DNA from: Nostoc sp. | Lineage (GTDB): Bacteria > Cyanobacteriota > Cyanobacteriia > Cyanobacteriales > Nostocaceae | Direction of reading: 5' to 3' | DNA: 64,000 bases | Assembly: GCA_036918135.1 (NCBI GenBank) | Contig: JBALDB010000007.1 | Coordinates: 384,001-448,000 of the forward strand | Shown here: positions 50,229 through 59,448 of the stretch, in pieces | How the letters are laid out: every line of letters starts with the position of its first letter | Position numbering within the stretch: the first letter of the stretch is position 1 | The notes under the pieces: model-generated | Databases searched by the model: none | Told to the model about the DNA's origin: nothing | What the model saw: only the letters and a program-made list of their open reading frames with translations | Program-made: the position numbers and the translations under genes

Positions 50229-50570
50229 TTAAGCTGCTTCTAGAGGTGCCATTGTCAAACCTGCGCGGCGCAGCTGCTGGTGATATAGTTCCGCAGGTTC
50301 TTGGGGGCCAACCCAGACGATCGCTTGACCTTCATAGTGTACCTGATTAGTCAGATCCCAAGCGCGATCGCCACTCATTCCGGGAATATATTTCATCAAA
50401 CATTCGGCCACATGCTGGAATGTATTAAAATCATCATTTAATACAATCACTTTGTAATTTGGATAAGTCTTAGGGGTAACTTGATTAGACCGTTCAGGAG
50501 CTACAGTTGGTGCTGTGGCCATCCCGTAAACATCTGCTGAAAGTGTCATAACCATAAAACAATTAGTCAA
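50229..50570 (-). CDS. clpS: ATP-dependent Clp protease adaptor (start may be 50522)
   Basis: YKVIVLNDDFNTFQHV, VHYEGQAIVW. Confidence 0.95.
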   Translation of the reverse strand: MTNCFMVMTLSADVYGMATAPTVAPERSNQVTPKTYPNYKVIVLNDDFNTFQHVAECLMKYIPGMSGDRAWDLTNQVHYEGQAIVWVGPQEPAELYHQQLRRAGLTMAPLEAA

Positions 50571-50681
50571 TAGGATTTTACAAAACTACATTATAAGTAA
50601 CTAGTTTAATCTATTGTCTGTGTTCGTTGTCATTTGTCATTTGCTAAAACTAATGACAAATGACTAATGAGTAATGACTGC

Positions 50682-52712
50682 CTACCGCCAATTATCCCAA
50701 TTTTCATTAAAAATGGATGTATCGGGGAAGGCAGTGGGGTTGCCATTTTGTTCCAACAAGCGTTTGAGTGCTTCTAGCTGTGGTTCAGGTTTGGGTAAGT
50801 CATCAACTAATTCGTAAGGTGCGATCGCATTTTTAAGCGCAAAACTAGCAACGGTTCCGGCAGCAGCGCCAGCCGACCATTCAAAGGAATGTACTCGATA
50901 GGCAGCGGCGGCAATATGACTAGTAGCAATGCTTTTACCTCCTACCAACAAATTATCAATTTTTTGGGGAATCATCGCCCTCAAGGGAATTTGGAAGGGA
51001 TAAGCTTGACCAGCACCGCGCCTTTCACCAGCACGTTCTGTGTTACCAGGCGTTTCTGGGGGACTGTTCGTCATGCAGGGATGGAAATCTATGGCGTAGT
51101 GACCAATACCTACAGCGTCGGGGAAGATGGTAGAACGAGTCCGGCGCATTACTTTGTCTGGTGAGATTTCACCCGCAATTACAGATGTAGCTTCCAGTCC
51201 GGCAAGTGCGGCTGTTAATTGGCGATACATATCTGCTGGCAGAGTCTTGCGGTAATATTCGTCATTGTAATTTCGGCGAGAAATATCAATTTCCCAAACA
51301 CCAAAGCCCCCAGGTTGTCCCCAACTAGGGCGTCCAATAATGCGGCGTCCTTCTCGCATATAGGGATATTTCGATAAGCCGTGGACTGTTCCCATTGGCG
51401 AATTTAGCCCAGAAAGAAAGCGATTATTGAGTTGCTGCTGCTTGACGCCTTCTCCTAGTTGAGAATCTGTAGTCCCAGCTACCAACCAATAATAGAATGA
51501 GAGGGCGTTTTCCTCAGCTTTGCGGAGGGTTTCTGTTCGCAGTCCTCCCATCCAACCTCCTGACTGCAACTGTCCAGTAGCTTGTAGCTGTTGGCGAGTA
51601 TAAATTAGGTTATCTTTAGCTGTTCCAGGGCGGTAGTCGTTACCCCAAGTCCAGTTTTGCATAGAGATATCCCTTGGTGTAGGAGCAGTAAAATTTACAC
51701 CTCCAAATTTTTCTGGTTTTCCTTTGTTCGGACTCCAAATACGACGGTAGGTAAAAACTAAGTCAAAATTAGCCAATCGCGTTAATTCATAGCTGAAATA
51801 TGGTGAGTATTGTAAATAGAATGGCGGTGTTGTTTGGGGTTGCGGTTCCTTAGTTGCCTCCATTGCAAAGGTGTAGGTAAAGCCTTGAGGGCAATAAGGA
51901 TCGTTAGTGGTGCTGGAAGCAGAAGGTTCCAAGTAGGAACGAGCATCAATGCCTAAGCGGTAAGGAACATCAGCAAGGGCGATAATTTCCCCGGTTTCAC
52001 TGGTATCTACAACGTACCATTTAGGAGCATCTATTTTACTTGGCTTAGGAAGAAAACGCAGAATAGTTTTAGTAAATTGAGACGAATTATCGTAGCGATA
52101 GGCGTCTTCAATAACTTGAGATAACGTAAAAGTGTTAAGGGCTGGTGCGCCTTGTGCTGGTTGATGTTGGATAGCGATCGCACTATTAATTATTTTGCCA
52201 TCGGCACTGATTTCTAAATCTTTAATTACCGTGTTAGGAAACCATTGCAGCTTTCCTTTACCACGTTTTTCAGCATCTTTGAGCATCTGAGTCAAAATGC
52301 TGTGAGCATCGTGGGGAAGAAAACAAGACTCACTTACCCAGCAATCACCAGGGTTAAGTTTACCGTATTTGCGATCGATACGGTTTCGCAATTCCAGGTA
52401 GCCGCGAGAATAAAATTGCTTGGCTCGTTGGGTTGGGCGTTCATCTAACGCAGATGTCCCTTGAGCAGAAATTTGTCCTCCCAGCCAGTCGGTAATTTCT
52501 GTTAAACAAACCGTTCGTCCAGCGAGTAACCCCTCGTAAGCCGTGGCAACACCGGATAGTCCGCCACCCACAACTAAAATCTCACAATTGACACTTTTAT
52601 CTGGGGTTCTCGGTGGTGTAGCGTTTGCCACATCAAATGCAACTAAGCTAGATACTAAATTGAGACCGAACAGCGATGTCAAACTATAAGCTACTTTGTG
52701 TGTATGCTTCAT
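50682..52712 (-). CDS. FAD-dependent oxidoreductase with signal-like N-terminus
   Basis: VVGGGLSG, LGGQISAQG, PYMREGRRI, FQIPLRAMIP. Confidence 0.88.
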   Translation of the reverse strand: MKHTHKVAYSLTSLFGLNLVSSLVAFDVANATPPRTPDKSVNCEILVVGGGLSGVATAYEGLLAGRTVCLTEITDWLGGQISAQGTSALDERPTQRAKQFYSRGYLELRNRIDRKYGKLNPGDCWVSESCFLPHDAHSILTQMLKDAEKRGKGKLQWFPNTVIKDLEISADGKIINSAIAIQHQPAQGAPALNTFTLSQVIEDAYRYDNSSQFTKTILRFLPKPSKIDAPKWYVVDTSETGEIIALADVPYRLGIDARSYLEPSASSTTNDPYCPQGFTYTFAMEATKEPQPQTTPPFYLQYSPYFSYELTRLANFDLVFTYRRIWSPNKGKPEKFGGVNFTAPTPRDISMQNWTWGNDYRPGTAKDNLIYTRQQLQATGQLQSGGWMGGLRTETLRKAEENALSFYYWLVAGTTDSQLGEGVKQQQLNNRFLSGLNSPMGTVHGLSKYPYMREGRRIIGRPSWGQPGGFGVWEIDISRRNYNDEYYRKTLPADMYRQLTAALAGLEATSVIAGEISPDKVMRRTRSTIFPDAVGIGHYAIDFHPCMTNSPPETPGNTERAGERRGAGQAYPFQIPLRAMIPQKIDNLLVGGKSIATSHIAAAAYRVHSFEWSAGAAAGTVASFALKNAIAPYELVDDLPKPEPQLEALKRLLEQNGNPTAFPDTSIFNENWDNWR

Positions 52713-52811
52713 CGTTAAGTAAACCCTTTCAATTCCTCTGTCACCTTGTAGACGGTAGCATTCAGTAAATGTCGATCACAAGCAATTTTTCATTATGAGC
52801 AGCATTTAGTT

Positions 52812-53320
52812 ATCAGCAGCCATTGATAACAAGGCTGCATCGATTAAAGCAATTTCCCGGCGTTGCTTTGCTAAAGATTCTGGTAAGCTATTAGCCAAAG
52901 AGAAGCCAGTTCTTGCTCAGTTGCAGCCTCTTGTACCAATGTGCGATCGAACTGTAGGTTTACCCATTCTTTAAAAGTAAGTATTTCAAGGGAGATCCCA
53001 AATATTTCTTGAATTTCATCACATCTAGGCATCAGTTCATCAATTCGTTCAACTTCAAGACTTGTAACGAAACCAGCTTTTCTAACGGCGAGATGTACTT
53101 CTAGCTTTTCTGATAATTCCTCAATTTCGTCTCGCAAGTATGACTTACCGTACTTGGTATCCCAAGCTTCCACAATTTGCCGATCGTCTAAAAGTTGAAT
53201 ATCACCTACATTGCTATGCTTCTTATTAGCCGATCGCATTTGCAAAAGTGGCTTTAGCAAACTGTTAGAAAAAACTTGGTATTCTTGCATAGCCTGCATC
53301 AAGCTATGTATAGCAATTGA
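52812..53320 (-). pseudogene. Frameshifted fragment of a probable PD-(D/E)xK nuclease / restriction endonuclease
   Basis: SANKKHSNVGDIQLL...VEAWDTKYGK; C-terminus continues in shifted frames (ESLAKQRREIA, PCYQWL); no N-terminal part. Confidence 0.45.
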
Positions 53321-53533
53321 CGTACACGAATTTCTTCGGTAATTTCAGACAGCAATTTAATTTCTGGAATAATTATTTAAGTAATTTCAAGACTTAGCCC
53401 TGCCTGTTCCCATATATTAGTTTTGCTAAGAATAGAGGCTAATCCTAGTTTAGACATTAAAATGTCAGGATAAAGCCTTTTTCAGTAATAATTTTTGTTA
53501 GCCTTTTTTCTTCTTAGTTATTAGAAATAAGTC

Positions 53534-53633
53534 ATCAGCAGAATTCAAAATGCAGAATTGGGAAGTAAAGGAGGGTTTATAGCTGGCTTTGAGGCTAGGT
53601 TTGTGTACTTTACTTTGCTTGAAATCTGCTGTA
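53534..53633. mobile_element. MITE-like element, inverted relative of 37944-38063
   Basis: ATCAGCAGAATTCA ... CTTGAAATCTGCTGTA. Confidence 0.6.
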
Positions 53634-54341
53634 AGTACTAAGAGGCGATCGCTACAATCAGTAACAGAACTATTTTGAACTTTGCTGAGGTAGACTTGTC
53701 CAAATCTTCCAACTAGCTCGGATCTCTTGAAGTAAGAAAAACTAGTTGAGGAAGGTAGGAAGTAAACGGGATGTCGTGAATGCACTCGCCAAGCTGCTCT
53801 ACTTGAAGTAGTTGTTCTATCGAGTTGCCTTGACGATGTTCAGGTCAAAGAACTTGTATACCAAATGTCATTTGTTATAAGTATGAAGTTTTCTGCAATA
53901 AAACGGCAAGTATCATCATACATAATGCGATCTGCAACTTAACTTGATGTGCCACTTTCCAAGGCGTAATGTGGGTTTCATGCAGGAGATTAAATATAAT
54001 GCTACAATCCCCTATGTGTAAATTTAAGGATTAAGTTCTCTTTTAAATTAGTGAAAAATTATCATCAGTATGGGAAAAGACTTAAATCCAGCGAACAGAC
54101 AACACTAGTAGTTGATAACTGTACGATGGAGCGACTTTATCTAAGTAAAAAAATTGATAATTAATAACGTAACAACTGTTAAAATCCACAGAGAAAATTC
54201 CTCAACAGTGTTAAATGCAATTGTGATTTAAAAAACATAACTTGCTAACAATCTAAATTAAATAATACAAAGTAGTAGTCTCTACTGTAATTAACAATCA
54301 ATCCACTCATCTGTGGCTATATTCACATTTATAAATAGCTC

Positions 54342-55631
54342 ATGGACATTCTGATTTATTCCTACAACTATCATCCAGAGCCGATTGGAATTGCTCCCTT
54401 AATGACTGAATTGGCAGAAGGACTAGTAAAACGAGGTCACCAAGTGCGAGCAATTACTGCAATGCCCAACTATCCTCAGCGCCAGATTTACGACGAGTAT
54501 CAGGGTAAGTGGTACGTTACAGAACAAAAAAATGGGGTGACAATTCAACGAAGTTACGTGCGAATTAAGTCTAAACCCAACGTCCTAGACCGACTATTAT
54601 TAGAGCTGAGCTTTGTTTTCACCAGCTTGCCGCAAGCCTTTAAAGGCAAACGTCCAGATGTGATTATCTTAACAGTTCCACCTCTTTTCGGTATCTTACC
54701 AGCAGCAATATTGAGTTACTTATATAACTGCCCATTAGTTCTGAACGTGCAAGATATTTTACCAGAAGCTGCTGTGCGTGTTGGGTTGCTAAAAAATCAG
54801 TGGATAATCCGAACTCTTGCAGCTTTAGAAAAATTTGCCTATCGGAGTGCACATAGTATTAGCGTCATTGCTGATGGGTTTAGTGAGAATTTGGTGAATA
54901 AGGGAGTACCTGTTAATAAAATTGTTTGTATTCCCAATTGGGTGAACATAAATTTTATCTGCCCTTTAGCGAAACACAATAACTCCTGGAGAGCTACACA
55001 TCAACTAGATGGTAAATTTGTAGTACTTTATTCAGGAAACATTGCCCTAACACAAGGTTTAGAGACAGTCATAGAAGCAGCAGTTTGTTTGCGTCATATC
55101 AAAGATATTGTGTTTGCGATCGCTGGTGAAGCAACAGCATTGCAAAGGTTACAAGAATATTGTCTATTAAATGGAGCAGATAACGTTTTGCTGCTACCCT
55201 TGCAACCGCGAGAAAAACTACCCGAAATGCTAGCAGCATCTGATGTGGGGCTGATTGTGCAAAAACACAATGTAATTTCATTCAATATGCCTTCAAAAAT
55301 ACCACTCCTGTTGGCAAGTGGTCGCCCGATTGTGGGTTCAGTTCCAGCCAATGGTAGTGCTGCTAGAGCGATCGCACTTAGTGGTGGTGGCATAATTGTG
55401 GAGCCAGAATCACCTAATGCTTTAGCAGATGCAATAGAGAATTTATATACTAATCCGACTCTAGCAACAAAGCTAGGTCAAACAGGCAGACAGTTCGCCG
55501 AAGCAAACTATTCCTTAGAGCAAGCACTCGATCGCTATGAGTGGCTGTTTTCTCATATTGTTACCAATCAAAAATCAATCAGGGATATATTACCAAAATT
55601 GCATTCCAAGAAATCGGTTGTGGATGGTTGA
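54342..55631 (+). CDS. GT4 glycosyltransferase (WcaI/WbuB-like)
   Basis: NYHPEPIGIA, PNYP, QDILPE, IPNWV, YSGNI, MPSK. Confidence 0.92.
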   Translation: MDILIYSYNYHPEPIGIAPLMTELAEGLVKRGHQVRAITAMPNYPQRQIYDEYQGKWYVTEQKNGVTIQRSYVRIKSKPNVLDRLLLELSFVFTSLPQAFKGKRPDVIILTVPPLFGILPAAILSYLYNCPLVLNVQDILPEAAVRVGLLKNQWIIRTLAALEKFAYRSAHSISVIADGFSENLVNKGVPVNKIVCIPNWVNINFICPLAKHNNSWRATHQLDGKFVVLYSGNIALTQGLETVIEAAVCLRHIKDIVFAIAGEATALQRLQEYCLLNGADNVLLLPLQPREKLPEMLAASDVGLIVQKHNVISFNMPSKIPLLLASGRPIVGSVPANGSAARAIALSGGGIIVEPESPNALADAIENLYTNPTLATKLGQTGRQFAEANYSLEQALDRYEWLFSHIVTNQKSIRDILPKLHSKKSVVDG

Positions 55632-55668
55632 AGGGCATGGAAGTGTTGACTCAGGAGTGAGGAGTTAT

Positions 55669-55778
55669 TAAGCTGTCGCGCCTACAAGTTGCACCATTTT
55701 GATTCTCAAAAAAAGCTGCAAACCCTCTTTGTTGGTTCCTGCAACCTCAATGTGCTTTCTTAAATGCCTAACAGCTTA
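55669..55778. mobile_element. MITE-like remnant
   Basis: TAAGCTGT ... ACAGCTTA ends with internal GTTGCA/TGCAAC. Confidence 0.45.
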
Positions 55779-56435
55779 TTCTCCCGTGTGTTCCCCATTT
55801 CCACAAATTTGGCAAAATAAAATCACCCGATCGGGTGACCTAAGTGTAGGAAGTTGAGATTGCTCAAACAGAGGATTCTAGATAAACAATACTGATTGTG
55901 CTTTTTTTTAGTGAGGATAACTCGATGAAACTCGCAATCTTGATTAATAGAGCAGAATTAATTAGCGATCGCTCCATACTCCTTTCTTCCTTGAGATTGA
56001 TATTCAGTACTACTTAAGAGAGATAAACTGATTTTTGGCATTACCAATCCTCTTTGCGATGTAGTTATAATGCAACCTAATACTGACATAGATATGCAAG
56101 CGAGTGCTTGCAGACACCAATGAAAAACTTAGCATCTGGTTGCCCGTCTGATTTGATACGAGACTGACAAATTGCCGCTTTAACAGTTGGTTATGTACTA
56201 AAACAAAGGTGAGGAGAAGGGTACAGTGCGCTCAGATATTAATTTAAAAGCATCTTTGCATAGTTTTGCAGGTATATTAGTTTACCTAAGAAGTAGAGGG
56301 GTAAAGCGAAGTGGGGGAGATGATAAATAAAGCTTCCCACACTTTCTGTTTGACCCATGCCCCTTTAGTGCCTTTCGTCTTCATTGACGTAAGTAAGATT
56401 GTTCAAGTCTAAATCCACAAGACGAGAAAACGAAA

Positions 56436-58019
56436 ATGTCCAATTCTGAGTTCCCTGAGTCCTCCTATCCTGTTGAAGTACAACAGCCTACTGTTAATGA
56501 ATCCGATCGAGAGTCGGAATCGTTGCCAAAGCCATCGTCCAAACCACCTAAAAAGCGACGTTGGCTTCTGCTGTTGGGAATTATTTTGTTAATTGCAGGT
56601 GTTGGTTTTGGTTGGCGCTGGTGGCAAACTAACAATGCCAAGAATGCAGCTGCTAATCAGGCGGCTAATAGCCCACCGCCAGTTCCCGTTAAGCTTGCAA
56701 CTGTAGAAACAGAAACTATGCAACAAAGTTCGCAGTTTCTTGGCTCTTTGGAGGCTCCACGTTCGGTAATCATTAAGCCACAGATTGAAGGACGAATTAC
56801 CCAGATTTTTGTTAACGAGGGTAATCGAGTCCAACAAGGGCAAGTTATTTTTAGCTTGCAGAGTGATGATGCTCAAGCTCAGTTATTACAAGCTAAAGGC
56901 ATACTCCAGCAAGCCCAGGCACGTCTTGCCGAACTCAAAGCAGGTACGCGACAAGAAGAAGTAGCCCAAGCCAAAGCGCAGTTAGGCCAAGCCCAAGCTC
57001 GCCTCAAAGATGCTCAAGCAGGAGCGCAACCAGAAGAAATTGCTCAAGCTGAGGCTCAAATCGAGGCAGCTAAATCCGATGTGGAACTGGCACAATCCCG
57101 AGCCAAGCGATACGACCAACTCAGAAAAGAGGGTGCAGTTTCCCAAGATTTGTTAGAAGGATATCTCAAAGAACAGCGGAGTGCCGAAGCTGCCCTTGTA
57201 GTGGCCCAGAAACGTTTAAACCAACTGCGCCAGAGCAGAAATTCTAGTATCAATGAGCTAGCTGCTGCCGTTGAACAACAGCAACAGAACTTAAGGCAAT
57301 TGCAAAATGGTTCGCGTCCAGAAGAAATTGCCCAAGCGCGATCGCAAGTAACTCAAGCAGTGGCTCAAGTCCAAGCTGCCCAAGTGCAACTGCAATACAC
57401 AAAAGTCGTAGCTCCTTTCACTGGTATTGTTGGCGATATTCCCACAAAAGTCGGAGATTATGTCGAAAAAGCAGATCAACTGACTACGTTAACTAGAAAT
57501 GACTCTTTAGAACTGAATATTTCCGTTCCTCTAGCAGAAGCCAAAAAATTGCGCTTGGGATTACCCGTACAAATGCTCGACGCCCAAGGCAAAGCCATAG
57601 CCAGAGGTAAAGTCAGCTTTATCTCCCCAGATGCAAGTTTAGATTCCCAGACAGTTTTGGCTAAAGCCAACTTTGGCAATAATTCTAGAAGGCAACTGCT
57701 CAATCGCCAGTCAGTGCAAACCAAAGTGATCTGGGACGAACGCCCAGGAATTTTAATTCCAGTCACAGCAGTATCTCGTTTGGGTGGGGAGACATTTGTA
57801 TTTGTGGCTCAAGCACCAGCACAAAACTCTAAACCCGGAGCGCCAAAATTAGTGGCTCAGCAAAAGTCCGTGAAATTAGGAGTTATTGAAGGCAATAATT
57901 ATCAAGTTATTCAAGGACTAAAAGCTGGTGAGAAAATCGTTGTTTCTGGTATTCTTAGCCTCACCAATGGCGCTCCCATCACTCCTGCACCTGAAACAGT
58001 CAGTAGTCGGAATTTTTAG
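56436..58019 (+). CDS. Efflux RND transporter periplasmic adaptor subunit
   Basis: Single TM, PQIEGRI..I.VNEGNRV, long coiled coil, VVAPFTGIVG, GLKAGEKIVVSG. Confidence 0.92.
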   Translation: MSNSEFPESSYPVEVQQPTVNESDRESESLPKPSSKPPKKRRWLLLLGIILLIAGVGFGWRWWQTNNAKNAAANQAANSPPPVPVKLATVETETMQQSSQFLGSLEAPRSVIIKPQIEGRITQIFVNEGNRVQQGQVIFSLQSDDAQAQLLQAKGILQQAQARLAELKAGTRQEEVAQAKAQLGQAQARLKDAQAGAQPEEIAQAEAQIEAAKSDVELAQSRAKRYDQLRKEGAVSQDLLEGYLKEQRSAEAALVVAQKRLNQLRQSRNSSINELAAAVEQQQQNLRQLQNGSRPEEIAQARSQVTQAVAQVQAAQVQLQYTKVVAPFTGIVGDIPTKVGDYVEKADQLTTLTRNDSLELNISVPLAEAKKLRLGLPVQMLDAQGKAIARGKVSFISPDASLDSQTVLAKANFGNNSRRQLLNRQSVQTKVIWDERPGILIPVTAVSRLGGETFVFVAQAPAQNSKPGAPKLVAQQKSVKLGVIEGNNYQVIQGLKAGEKIVVSGILSLTNGAPITPAPETVSSRNF

Positions 58020-58032
58020 CTTCAGACAGGGT

Positions 58033-58117
58033 GAATTGGGAATTGGGAATTGGGAATTGATAATTGGAAAGAGGTGAACAGTTGTGTTTTTCTCCCCCAT
58101 CACCCATTCCCCATTAC
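58033..58117. repeat. STRR heptamers (GGGAATT)n and partly complementary CCCAT(T/C) tract
   Basis: gaattgggaattgggaattgggaattg ... cccccatcacccattccccattacc. Confidence 0.85.
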
Positions 58118-58299
58118 CGACCTTCACAGATATCATAAGTATTCAACCGGAACATGATATGACGAACAATATCAGGCGCTCCGTTGCTACGATCGCACTC
58201 TTTCTTGTGTTTCTGTGTTATCTCTGCGTGAGATAAATCATCTTGCAAATATACGACGCTTGCCTAAATTTACCCCACTGTTATGCAAGGCGATTCTTT

Positions 58300-59073
58300 T
58301 TATGTTCGACGGTTAACTAGGGTAGCACTAGCTTGATCCACAGGCATTAGCACAACTTCATTAATATTGACGTGGGGCGATCGCGTCACGCAGAAAAATA
58401 TTACATCAGCCACATCATCTGCTGTCAGGGGGGTAACTCCCTGGTAAACTTGATTGGCACGTTCATTATTCCCGTGAAACCGTACTTGGCTAAATTCCGT
58501 TTCTACCATCCCAGGGTCAACGGAAGTTACGCGCACAGGAGTGCCCAGCAAATCTTGTTTTAAGCCTTCAGAAATTGCTCTCACCGCAGCTTTTGTAGCA
58601 CAGTAGACATTGCCACCGGGATAAGTTTGATGTCCGGCAATGGAACCTAGATTTACCACATGACCGCGACCGCGACTTATCATTCCGGGAACGACATAAC
58701 GAGACAGATAAAGTAAACCTTTAATGTTAGTATCAATCATTTCTTCCCAGTCTGCAAAACTACCCTCATGCAACTTATCTAAACCGCGACTCAAACCAGC
58801 ATTGTTAATCAGAATATCGATGTCAGACCAAGAGGGGGGTAGAGTAGAGATGGCAGATTCTACAGCTGAGCGATCGCGTACATCTAGCTCTAACAGATGA
58901 ACTTCAGTATTAAAATCTTGAGTGAGAGTATCTGCCAGTTGTTGCAAACGTTCCAAGCGCCGTGCCGCTAAAATCAATTTTGCACCCGCACCAGCAAAGA
59001 TTCTGGCACAAGCAGTACCAATACCACTGCTGGCACCAGTAATTAAAATGATTTGATTTTCTAGGGAAGTCAT
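58300..59073 (-). CDS. SDR oxidoreductase (YdfG-like)
   Basis: TGASSGIG, NNAG, YCATK, PGMVETEFS. Confidence 0.93.
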   Translation of the reverse strand: MTSLENQIILITGASSGIGTACARIFAGAGAKLILAARRLERLQQLADTLTQDFNTEVHLLELDVRDRSAVESAISTLPPSWSDIDILINNAGLSRGLDKLHEGSFADWEEMIDTNIKGLLYLSRYVVPGMISRGRGHVVNLGSIAGHQTYPGGNVYCATKAAVRAISEGLKQDLLGTPVRVTSVDPGMVETEFSQVRFHGNNERANQVYQGVTPLTADDVADVIFFCVTRSPHVNINEVVLMPVDQASATLVNRRT

Positions 59074-59448
59074 TGTTAGTTAAAAGTCAAGAATCCAGTG
59101 TCAATTGTCCAATAATTTGGAACTGACGCGAATTTTACTTATATTATGTGCGAGGTCGTGCCAAGGAGAGTTGCCCAGTTGCAAAGCTAAATGTAAATGT
59201 CAGCCCTTGCTTTTACAACATAAAAAGCAGCTTTTAAAGGTTTTTGGTTCCGCTTTCTTAGGATTGGACTTTGAACAAAAAAGTCCAAATTATTAGAAGT
59301 TATTAATTTTTAAGGAAATGAAAGCTTCGTTTGCTGCATTAAATTTTACTATGAAAATTTAAAATCATATAATGCATCCATTCACTTCCTGGCGTCAAGG
59401 TGGTGAAGTTTCAGCCGGAATTGCCAGGATATTCTTTGGAGAACAGCG

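Noticed and set aside
53498..53785. 95-aa ORF
   Set aside because: Runs through a MITE and degraded sequence; likely spurious.
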